DNA of 24,000 bases, taken from the NCBI GenBank assembly GCA_029856435.1, contig JAHQXB010000055.1:1-24000 (forward strand), read 5' to 3'. A model generated the notes under the pieces. That model searched no databases, had not been told where the DNA came from, and was given only the letters and a program-made list of their open reading frames with translations. The translations under genes were made by a program, and so were the position numbers. This DNA is from Candidatus Jordarchaeia archaeon (GTDB lineage Archaea > Asgardarchaeota > Jordiarchaeia > Jordiarchaeales > Jordiarchaeaceae). The stretch's first letter is position 1, and each line of letters starts with the position of its first letter. Below are positions 10,849-18,873 of this stretch, one piece after another.

Positions 10849-11127
10849 ACTGCTTACCTCACTCGCAATTTTTCTTGGCTTATGAGTAATAATTAAATAA
10901 ACTTAGTTAAAAATGTTTCCAATTCTACCAATAAATTTTAAAAAAATTTCAAAAAATAGCTTGCTTATTTGCGAATAATTTCTTCCATATTAAAAATAGG
11001 TGTTGAGAATAATAAATGGAATAAGTTAATATACTATCTTGGGTTCTTAGAGGAAAGTGAGGAATAAAAAAAATATTTAAGGCCAAATTAATCAACTACA
11101 CATCATCAACAAAAAAAGGGGAGAAAA

Positions 11128-12295
11128 ATGGCTAAAATAACAGTCTCCTTAATAAAAGCAGACATAGGTTCTATAGCTGGTCATACAACCGTGCATCCAG
11201 ACTGCATAGAAGCTGCCAAAAGCTCGTTAGAAAAAGGACAGAAGGACGGAATAATAATCGATTTTCATGTAACTCACGCAGGCGACGACCTAGAACTAAT
11301 TATGACACACAGAAGGGGTGAAAATAACGAAAAAGTGCACAAGTTGGCATGGGACACCTTTACTAAGGCAACCGAAATTTCGAAAAAATTAAAGCTATAC
11401 GGAGCAGGACAAGATTTACTCAAAGACACATTCAGTGGAAATGTCAAAGGAATGGGCCCTGGAGTAGCAGAACTAGAATTCGATGAACGAGGAAGCGATC
11501 CACTAATAGCTTTTATGGCCGATAAAACTGAGCCGGGAGCATTCAACTTACCCCTCTTCAAAATTTTCGTAGACCCATTCAACACAGCAGGATTAATAAT
11601 TGATCCCTCACTACACCAAGGATTTATCCTCGATGTCTACGATGTTGTGGAAAATAAAAGCGTTCGCTTAAACTGTCCTGAGGAAATGTATGACGCTCTA
11701 GCGTTAATTGGGACAACGGGGAGATATATAATTAGAAAAGTATGGCGAAAAGACGGATTACCATGCGCAGCAGTTTCTACGACTAGGCTCAGCTTAATAG
11801 CAGGTAAATACGTAGGAAAAGACGACCCCTGCGCCTTGGTACGCTCTCAACATGGACTACCCGCCACCGGAGAAGTCTTAGAACCCTTCGCTTTCCCCCA
11901 CCTAGTAGCAGGTTGGATGAGGGGCAGTCACACAGGGCCTCTTATGCCGGTCGGCGTAAAGAATGCTGTTTGCACAAGGTTCGACGGCCCCCCAAGAATT
12001 GTCGCATTAGGTTTCAATGTTACTGACGGTCATCTAGTTGGACCCGTAGACTTGTTTGACGACCCAGCATTTGACTTAGCAAGACAAAAAGCTAATGAGA
12101 TAGCAGAATACATGCGCAGACATGGTCCCTTCATGCCTCACAGGCTAGGACCCGAGGAGATGGAATACACTTGCGATATTCTCTTTTCAATTATTTATAT
12201 AAATACTCTTTGTAATTGAGGTAGCCCTCTCGCAGTAGAATACCCTCCCTGGCGTCCTGAAAAAATTAGCGGATAGATTCGTTAAAGAAGATTAG
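11128..12295 (+). CDS. fbp: Fructose-1,6-bisphosphate aldolase/phosphatase (class V FBPase), interrupted: exon 1 11128..12170, exon 2 12241..12295
   Basis: The ATG lies 4 nt after AGGGGAG (11117-11123). The N-terminus MAKITVSLIKADIGSIAGHTTVHPD and the rest of the sequence match the family closely. After ...EEMEYT the ORF diverges into 15 non-family codons and a stop at 12219. The family C-terminus TLPGVLKKLADRFVKED* is encoded in the +1 frame at 12242-12295. Confidence 0.85.
12171..12240 (+). other. Putative bulge-helix-bulge (BHB) intron within the fbp mRNA, 70 nt (equivalently 12172..12241)
   Basis: - Removing the segment restores the frame and the conserved C-terminus.
- TGCGA 12172-12176 pairs with TCGCA 12230-12234.
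- The 3-nt bulges are ACT 12169-12171 and AAT 12239-12241.
- They flank a central helix, TAC 12166-12168 with GTA 12235-12237.
- The canonical cleavage positions coincide with the frame-restoring junctions. Confidence 0.55.
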
Positions 12296-12759
12296 TCTAA
12301 AACCCTTTTTTTATTTTTTTTAACTATAATTTGAAGTTTTTATTCTTCTTTAAGTGTTAATTATGAGTCGGCTTGCGCTCATTTTTTATCTAGAATTACA
12401 AAGCAAGTATCATTCTCGCTTATATCTTCTTCCTTTTGGCAAGCTACACATTTTGTAAAAGTTTCTTGTATTTACGGATTCACGGTTTCAAGTTTTGATT
12501 TTGGAAAAATATGACTTAGGTTTGTTAAAGTTCTCCAATTTTTTTTAAGCCCTTAACTCTTTTCCTAGATTATGCGGTTTCCTGTGAATTCTTCGCACTA
12601 TCTAAATATTAAGCTTCGCTTTCCCCTTTGTGGTTACAAATGTAGTGCCCAACTACTAGTGCTATTGAGGTACAAAACGAATATTTGGGAGTTACTCAGT
12701 GGCTTGAGAACTATTCTATCCCCTAGCTGCAAGTACATTTTATTTGTTAATTTAATTAC

Positions 12760-12909
12760 TTATGCGGTTATTTCGTCAGTTCTTATGTTTGCTATGGTGT
12801 GGGCTAGTGTGTATCTGTATTTTCTTACGTCTTCTCCACATTTTTCTGTTAGGTTATCGTAGAGGTCTTTTAACTGGTTGAGGATGATTTTTATGGTTGT
12901 TTTGTCCAT
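12760..12909 (-). CDS. Possible 49-aa small helical protein (MDKTTIKIILNQLKDLYDNLTEKCGEDVRKYRYTLAHTIANIRTDEITA)
   Basis: This ORF is below the ORF-track size cutoff. It has an ATG at 12909 and an A-rich coding strand. A TATA-like TATATTTAAA (reverse complement of 12954-12963) lies about 45-55 nt upstream. It is divergent from the AAA+ gene. Confidence 0.3.
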   Translation of the reverse strand: MDKTTIKIILNQLKDLYDNLTEKCGEDVRKYRYTLAHTIANIRTDEITA

Positions 12910-12935
12910 TTTCTGTCGCCTTTCTCTCTTGTTTG

Positions 12936-13022
12936 TATGTAGGCTATGTAACGTTTAAATATACAATTTTACATACATTTACATAATTTACATACTTGAC
13001 ATATATCTACACTAGTTACATT
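12936..13022. promoter_or_regulatory. Phased TACATA/TATGTA repeat cluster in a divergent promoter region (operator- or iteron-like)
   Basis: TATGTA occurs at 12936 and 12945. TTTACATA occurs at 12968, 12978 and 12987, a 9-10 nt period. Degenerate copies are TTGACATA at 12996 and GTTACATT at 13015. The two orientations flank a TTTAAATATA TATA-like box. Confidence 0.45.
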
Positions 13023-13069
13023 AATAAGGCTTTCGTATAATATATTTAAATAAAAACAGGGGAAGGATC

Positions 13070-14341
13070 TTGAGCTATGATATACTTATAAAAAAGGATA
13101 AATACAAACAGTTTAATTTGAGGGGAAATCCCTTTGTAAAGACTTCTGCGGAAGCTATGACTGAAGAGGAAATACTTAAAACACTAGTATTTACGGCAGA
13201 AGACGAATCAATAGCTACAAACATAGATATTGTCCTCAGCGGAGGCGGAGCAACTCTAAGTTTAGTTGGTGACTACGGAACAGGAAAAAGCGTTAGGGCT
13301 ATCGCTATATCTGACACATTTAAGAGACATAACGGAGTAGTTTTCTTTTGTAAGGTTCCCAGCGGAGACCCCGCCAGATATGCAAAGGCCCTTTTTGAGG
13401 CAGTTTGTCCCGAGGCTCTATCTCTAGAGCTTCCCCCCGAAGATAAAGATTTTATTTTTGAAACATATGAATATTATAAAAATTTGGTTATGAAAAATTT
13501 TGAGTTGGACTCCCACAAAGCCGGCAAAGATTTGGCAAACATTTTTTCAGTATTAAGCAAGAACAACTATATCACTTGTTTCATTATAGACGAGTTTGAA
13601 GAGTTGGCTTCTGGAGGGAACGAGAAGGAAATAAGAGAAGCATTCACACTTACCAGAGAGTATCTTTCAAGAGTTCATGGCCTAAATAAGCATATGACAG
13701 TTATTTGCAGTAGTCCCAAATCGTGGCATATGGTTAAAGAGGTTCATCCAGCGGTAATCTCTAGGATTATGGGAGAAATAGAGTTCGAAGAATTAGATAA
13801 TGATGCGGCAGTAGAGCTGGTTAGCAAAAGGCTAAAACTGTACAGAGAGGGAGACGCTCCTGATCCTCTTTTCCCCTTTACAAGGGAAATTATTGAGAGG
13901 GCCAATGAAGTAAGCTTTCATAATCCTCGCTACCTACTAGTTATTTTGAGAAGTACACTTGAGGCAGCTCTAAAAAGAGAGGGTAGCCAGAAGGTTGACC
14001 TCAATGATCTTGATACTGGTATTCGCCTAGCTAGGGGAAAGCTTAGTACAAGTATTCTCAAAAGAATGAAGGAGGAGCTTACTTCAAGAGAGCTCGAAAT
14101 TTTCTTGAAAATCTGTGAAAAGTTCAATGGGGGTCCCGTTTTTGCCAGTCAGTTGGCTGAGTCTCTCGATATTGACCAGGGAAACGTTTCAAGGTACCTT
14201 AACAAATTAGCGAAGATGGGATACCTAAAACAGACTCGGGATGGGCAAAAAGTTTTATTCGAAGCCAAAGAGCTTTACATAGTAGTTTTTGCCAAGAGAA
14301 AGGCAATTAAATCTGAGACCCAAGAAAAGAACGAAGATTAA
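13070..14341 (+). CDS. AAA+ ATPase fused to a C-terminal MarR/ArsR-like winged helix-turn-helix (ExeA/Orc1-Cdc6-like architecture, not a canonical Orc1)
   Basis: 423 aa with a TTG start after AGGGGAAGG (13058-13066). It has Walker A GDYGTGKS (13268-13291) and Walker B CFIIDEFEEL. The N-terminal FNLRGNPF resembles the ExeA-type FGLxxxPF. The C-terminal sequence LAESLDIDQGNVSRYLNKLAKMGYLKQTRDGQKV is a wHTH. Confidence 0.75.
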   Translation: MSYDILIKKDKYKQFNLRGNPFVKTSAEAMTEEEILKTLVFTAEDESIATNIDIVLSGGGATLSLVGDYGTGKSVRAIAISDTFKRHNGVVFFCKVPSGDPARYAKALFEAVCPEALSLELPPEDKDFIFETYEYYKNLVMKNFELDSHKAGKDLANIFSVLSKNNYITCFIIDEFEELASGGNEKEIREAFTLTREYLSRVHGLNKHMTVICSSPKSWHMVKEVHPAVISRIMGEIEFEELDNDAAVELVSKRLKLYREGDAPDPLFPFTREIIERANEVSFHNPRYLLVILRSTLEAALKREGSQKVDLNDLDTGIRLARGKLSTSILKRMKEELTSRELEIFLKICEKFNGGPVFASQLAESLDIDQGNVSRYLNKLAKMGYLKQTRDGQKVLFEAKELYIVVFAKRKAIKSETQEKNED

Positions 14342-14367
14342 AGCAGATTTTCCTCTTTTTTGTAGCT

Positions 14368-16167
14368 TCATTCTTTAGTTAATGGTACATAATAATATTC
14401 GCCTTGCTCCTTCTGCAATCTATCTAATCTTGAATTCTCCTTGTTAATTCTAGGTCTACCGTTTTCTGGGTCTCTACGAAAAGTTATGTTTAAACCTTTA
14501 AGGAAATTGTTCATACCGGTTCTGAGATCTGTGGGTCTTGAAGCTTCTCCTCTCACTCCGGGTATACCGCTGAAGACCATTAAGCTGTCCGAAAGACTGT
14601 CCACACCAATTATATCGTGTTCTACTATAAAGGCGGCGCTAAGCCATTTTTCTATCACGCGCCTAACCGTCCTTGCCATTATCAGCCTTTGTTCCGACGA
14701 CAGAAAGGCGCTGGGCTCATCTAAAAGATATACGTCTGCTTCTCGAGCTAAACAAGCCGCTATAGCTACACTCTGAAGTTCACCGCCACTCAAATCTTTA
14801 ACTGACCTATCCAGCAAACCTTCCAGTTCCAGAGGTTTCAGTACATCAGATCTGAATTCACTACTAGTTGCTCTATTCCCACCGGCTTCTTTAAGCAGCG
14901 TTTGTACTTCTCCATCATAGTCCGCTCTTAAATACTGAGGTTTGTAACTAATTTTTATTTTCCTCTCAACAGGCTGCCCCTCATCTGGCTGAATCTCCCC
15001 AGCAAGCAATTTGATAAAAGTTGTTTTTCCAATACCGTTTGGACCAATTATTCCTATGACCTCCCCTCTGTGGATTTCACCCCCCTTTACCTCTAATGAA
15101 AATCCGTTATAGCTTTTCTTCATATATCCGAATTTAAGGAGAATTTCTTGACTTTCCCAACCTCCAGAAGGCGTGGGACTCGTATGAAACCTGATAGGCT
15201 CCGCACGAAAACGTAGGTTTTCGTCCGGAAGAAAACCATCTAGATAAATATTTATCCCCTCTCTAACACCATGGGGATGTGAAACTACACCATAAACTCC
15301 AGGTGTTCCATAGAACATACAAACAGCATCGCTGAGGTAGTCTACCAGAGCTAAGTCGTGTTCTATGCATATCACTGTTTTTTTCTCGTCGGCAAGTTTT
15401 CTTATCGCTCGGGCTATATTTAAACGTTGATAGATGTCCTCGTAACTTGAGGGCTCGTCGAAAAGGTAGACGTTAGCATCTCTTGCTATGGTAGCCGCTA
15501 TTGCTACTCTCTGAAGTTCTCCCCCACTTAAAACTCTAAGTTCTCGATCCCACAAACTCTTCAACTCCAGTTCTTCCGCCAGTTTTTTCATAATTCCCCT
15601 CTCATCGACTCTCTCAAGTAGCTCCCCCACCACCCCCTTCACAACCTCTGGCAACCGAGTGATATTTTGGGGTTTATGAACTACGCGTAATTCTCCATTA
15701 GATATTTTTTCGAAATAAGGCTGTAACTCACTCCCACGGTAATGCCTAATAATACTATCCCAGTCCGGAGGATTCCCATACTCACCCAAATTAGGCCTAA
15801 TCTCCCCAGCCAGTATCCTCAAAGCAGTAGTCTTACCCACACCATTAGGCCCAATCAACCCAGTAACCCTCTCAAACTGAGGTATCGGCAAACGGTAAAG
15901 CTTAAACGTGTTTGGGCCGTATCTATGCGTCAAGTCCCTCTCCAACTCTTCCGGAAGATTAATAATCCTAATAGCTTTAAAAGGGCATTTTTTGACACAT
16001 ATTCCAGTTCCTTGGCATAGTTGTTCGGATATTATTGCTTGGCCTGTTTGTGGGTCGAATGTGATGGCTTCGTTTCCTATTCTTACTGGTGGGCAGTATC
16101 TGTAGCATTCTTTGTGGCAGTCTTTTGGTTTGCATCTGTTTCTGTCGACTATTCCTACTCTTACCAT
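14368..16167 (-). CDS. abce1: ABCE1 / RNase L inhibitor-type ribosome-recycling ATPase
   Basis: 599 aa. The N-terminus carries two ferredoxin-like Cys clusters (CKPKDCHKECYRYCP, CQGTGICVKKCP). Two ABC nucleotide-binding domains follow (GPNGVGKTT, GPNGIGKTT, and two LSGGELQ signatures). Confidence 0.93.
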   Translation of the reverse strand: MVRVGIVDRNRCKPKDCHKECYRYCPPVRIGNEAITFDPQTGQAIISEQLCQGTGICVKKCPFKAIRIINLPEELERDLTHRYGPNTFKLYRLPIPQFERVTGLIGPNGVGKTTALRILAGEIRPNLGEYGNPPDWDSIIRHYRGSELQPYFEKISNGELRVVHKPQNITRLPEVVKGVVGELLERVDERGIMKKLAEELELKSLWDRELRVLSGGELQRVAIAATIARDANVYLFDEPSSYEDIYQRLNIARAIRKLADEKKTVICIEHDLALVDYLSDAVCMFYGTPGVYGVVSHPHGVREGINIYLDGFLPDENLRFRAEPIRFHTSPTPSGGWESQEILLKFGYMKKSYNGFSLEVKGGEIHRGEVIGIIGPNGIGKTTFIKLLAGEIQPDEGQPVERKIKISYKPQYLRADYDGEVQTLLKEAGGNRATSSEFRSDVLKPLELEGLLDRSVKDLSGGELQSVAIAACLAREADVYLLDEPSAFLSSEQRLIMARTVRRVIEKWLSAAFIVEHDIIGVDSLSDSLMVFSGIPGVRGEASRPTDLRTGMNNFLKGLNITFRRDPENGRPRINKENSRLDRLQKEQGEYYYVPLTKE

Positions 16168-16575
16168 GTCTTGGCCCTCAAGACCTTTTTTAGTCTTGCT
16201 GAAAAATTTTTGAATTTTAATTTGTGGTATTTTCTGGTTTATTTATAATTTTCATTTTTAGGTTGGAAGTGATGTCTAATAATCTTTTTTCAATTGGGCG
16301 AGGGTGTTGTTAACTTTTTCTCTTTTGATTTGTCTGTCAAACTGTTGGTTTTTTAAAATTGAAGATTAATCTTGCTGTGCTACTTGTTTGGGAAATTAAA
16401 ATTGTGAAGTATATTTGTAGAATTTTTTAGGGTGGTGGATATGGGGAGGATTTTAGCTTGGTGTGTTTTGAATTTTTGTCTACTTTTATATTTTTTATTT
16501 ATATAATTTTTATTTTTTTGTTATTTAATTCGCTTAGTTTTTATATTAAACTCAAATCAAAATTATGGTGATATA

Positions 16576-16752
16576 ATGACTAAAATGCAATCCCTTATAG
16601 CAGTCTTACTAACTGCAGTATTATTAACAGCAATCGTAGGAACAACCATAAGCGCAGGAGTTGTCAGCTGGACGCTAATGCCCTACGGCTCCTGGTTTGG
16701 CTGGCCAATCATTTTCGGCTGGATATTCCCAATGTTGCCCTTCCCCTTCTAA
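16576..16752 (+). CDS. Possible 58-aa small membrane/secreted peptide with aromatic-rich tail
   Basis: The sequence is MTKMQSLIAVLLTAVLLTAIVGTTISAGVVSWTLMPYGSWFGWPIIFGWIFPMLPFPF*. It has a signal/TM-like N-terminus and an AT-rich TATA-like region upstream. It is below the ORF-track cutoff. I prefer it to the overlapping 16697..16927 ORF. Confidence 0.35.
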   Translation: MTKMQSLIAVLLTAVLLTAIVGTTISAGVVSWTLMPYGSWFGWPIIFGWIFPMLPFPF

Positions 16753-16983
16753 AATTCACACGCCCGCTGATAACTCCTATTCTTTTTTTGTTAACCTAAG
16801 GCAAAAATTGCGGATCACCCTCTCAATAAACATAACTAGCGTTCATCAAAACTTTTTAACTAAATCCCCTATTCTTGGCACGGATAGAATAATTAAAATT
16901 TTTGAACATATGCCCTTTAATGGTTAATCTTAAAACTGGTTTATATTGAAGTTTATTTGGATGTGGACTGTGTATTTTAGAAG

Positions 16984-17760
16984 GTGTTTGATTTGAGGGA
17001 AGTCTGGCGTTTTTTGGATTTGGGAATAATTGATCCTCCTACCAGTGGTGCAGTAGGAGAAGCGATTCTTATAGCGCGCTCAAAAAATCTTGTCCCTGAC
17101 ACGCTTTTTCTATATCAGAGGGATCCCCCGGCATGTTCAATTGGTTACTTTCAAGCAGTAGAAAACGTTGTGAATGTTGAGGAGTGTAAAAGATTGGGTG
17201 TAGCTATTTCCAGAAGAATAACCGGTGGAGGTGCAATTTACTCGGATAAAGATAATCTCACCTACAATATTGTTGTGCATGAGAATAATAAGAAAGTACC
17301 ACAAGATATTCTAAAGTCCTATGAGGTGCTTTGTCGGGGTGTGGTGGAAAGCCTGAAAATGTTGGGATTAAATGCGTTATTCAAGCCTGTTAACGATATT
17401 CTAGTTGATGGGAGAAAGATTAGTGGAAGCTCACAAACTAGGAGGAAAAAAGTGGTATTACATCATGGAACACTTCTCATAAAAACAGACGTCAAAACCA
17501 TGTCGAAAGTATTAAAAGTGTCTAAAGAAAAGATGAGCGATAAGGTCGCCAAATCCATTGAAGAAAGAGTAATCAATCTTGAAACAGCATTGAAAGAGAA
17601 GCCCGACATAGAAGTCATTAAAAATATTTTAAAGAGGGGATTTGAAAAAGCTCTGGATATAGATTTAGTATCCGGAGAACTCTCAGAATACGAAAAAAAG
17701 TTGACTCATAAACTCGCCACCGAAAAGTACTCAACAAGAGAATGGAACTTTCGACGTTAA
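16984..17760 (+). CDS. lplA: Lipoate-protein ligase A, catalytic-domain-only (archaeal LplA-N type)
   Basis: 258 aa with a GTG start. Motifs RRITGGGAIYSD and GRKISGSSQTRRKKVVLHHGTLL match the LplA/LipB/BirA catalytic fold. The stop codon overlaps the convergent gene's stop in a TTAA. Confidence 0.8.
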   Translation: MFDLREVWRFLDLGIIDPPTSGAVGEAILIARSKNLVPDTLFLYQRDPPACSIGYFQAVENVVNVEECKRLGVAISRRITGGGAIYSDKDNLTYNIVVHENNKKVPQDILKSYEVLCRGVVESLKMLGLNALFKPVNDILVDGRKISGSSQTRRKKVVLHHGTLLIKTDVKTMSKVLKVSKEKMSDKVAKSIEERVINLETALKEKPDIEVIKNILKRGFEKALDIDLVSGELSEYEKKLTHKLATEKYSTREWNFRR

Positions 17761-18803
17761 AACCGGCATCTCTTTGAAAGCTTGTTTCTTATTTTAAATT
17801 CAAATTCACTTGGCAACGCACAACAAGAAGGATATCCTTCAATTTTTAGGCCCATATTTTCGGCTTCTCTTAAGGTGCTGGGTGTAGGGACAGCCATTCT
17901 ATCAACTACATACAAAGACAAATAATCCAGCCTTCCCCTTCGGAGACCACCTGGGCGCATACATCCCAAGGATATTGATACGCCTCTAAACATTAACCGT
18001 GCAATAGCAATCACCTTTACCACTGTCTCCGCGCTGGGAGGAGAAACATTCTCCATAAGGGTACCTCTTGTGGGAATAATTGTAATAAAAATCAATAATT
18101 CTGTACCGACTCTTCTTATCATTTCCAGAGCCCTGATTTCTCCTCCTATTCTCCCAAAATTTAACCCCACACAAACATGTGGAACCACATGCTTGATCCC
18201 AGCACGCAAATGGGTGCAAAGAGCCTTCTCATAGTCCTCAACTGTTTTATTTAATCCGTAAACGTTAGTTATGGTCTCATTATCGCCAACTACATCAATT
18301 GAGGCTACGTCAATATTAGCCTTAGCTAACCCTACCGCCAAATCCCAACTCAACAACCCCGTATGAACATTCAAAACTAGATCAGTGTTTTCCTTTACGC
18401 GTCTAATTGCGTCTAAGTATTTTTCGAGTGGAACGTACCCTTGGATGGTGCTTCCCCCACTTATCAAACAACCCGCCGCCCCCTCATGGTGCAAATCGAG
18501 GCACACTTGGTAAAGTCTATCGGGAGTCGAAGCAGGTATCATATGTTGGAGATAGTGGCGATTGCAGTGCGCGCATCTCAATTCACAATTTCTTCCAGTT
18601 ACAGATATCGATGGAAACAATCGTGAAGGATAATAAACGTGTAGGATGCGTCCCTTTTCCCGATCAGTTATTATTCTCGCCACTTCCAATAATTTGTCGA
18701 AATTTTTGCCCTCAACCTCTAAGAGGCTTTGCGCTTCCTGAAAGGTGATTTTTCTATCCAATGCTTGGTCTAGAATCGCCGCAAGATTTTTTTGTGCTTT
18801 CAC
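17757..18803 (-). CDS. Radical SAM protein, LipS1/LipS2-type lipoyl synthase subunit candidate
   Basis: 348 aa with a GTG start. The CxxxCxxC motif CELRCAHC is encoded at 18564-18587. It is adjacent to lplA and divergent from a second radical SAM gene. I cannot tell which subunit it is. Confidence 0.7.
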   Translation of the reverse strand: MKAQKNLAAILDQALDRKITFQEAQSLLEVEGKNFDKLLEVARIITDREKGRILHVYYPSRLFPSISVTGRNCELRCAHCNRHYLQHMIPASTPDRLYQVCLDLHHEGAAGCLISGGSTIQGYVPLEKYLDAIRRVKENTDLVLNVHTGLLSWDLAVGLAKANIDVASIDVVGDNETITNVYGLNKTVEDYEKALCTHLRAGIKHVVPHVCVGLNFGRIGGEIRALEMIRRVGTELLIFITIIPTRGTLMENVSPPSAETVVKVIAIARLMFRGVSISLGCMRPGGLRRGRLDYLSLYVVDRMAVPTPSTLREAENMGLKIEGYPSCCALPSEFEFKIRNKLSKRCRF

Positions 18804-18873
18804 TTCTGTTCACATAGAGAACTTCTTTGGTACTAAAAACATTTTTTCAATATAAATATATGAGGGTTTCCAG

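Noticed and set aside
12172-12219. Taking the ORF-track C-terminus of fbp (CDILFSIIYINTLCN*) at face value
   Set aside because: It replaces a conserved family C-terminus that is present intact 70 nt downstream in another frame. The stretch is AT-rich and non-family-like.
12163-12243. Small insertion with a GAATAC target-site duplication (12163-12168 and 12238-12243) disrupting fbp
   Set aside because: Precise excision of one repeat copy plus the insert (75 nt) stays in frame but yields EMEYPPWRPEKISG*, which does not match the family C-terminus. Only the 70-nt removal does. A degenerate insertion or pseudogene cannot be fully excluded without reads or RNA data.
12572-12862. 96-aa + strand ORF in the fbp-AAA+ spacer
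   Set aside because: It has a T-rich, low-complexity, Cys/Leu/Phe-heavy translation, no SD-like site and no family resemblance. It overlaps the more gene-like antisense 49-aa ORF.
12296-13069. Canonical archaeal replication origin (Orc1/Cdc6 gene plus ORB boxes)
   Set aside because: The AAA+ protein lacks the typical Orc1 N-terminal and Walker A context and has a MarR-like wHTH. I see no ORB or mini-ORB-like (TCCAGTGGAAA-type) repeats. The idea is kept only as an alternative hypothesis in the corresponding finding.
16697-16927. 76-aa + strand ORF
   Set aside because: It has no start context and an implausible composition. Its 5' end overlaps the better-supported small TM peptide ORF in another frame.
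17757-17760. Overlapping convergent stop codons (TTAA) of lplA and the radical SAM gene as a regulatory feature
   Set aside because: This is a trivial consequence of TAA/TTA complementarity in a compact genome.
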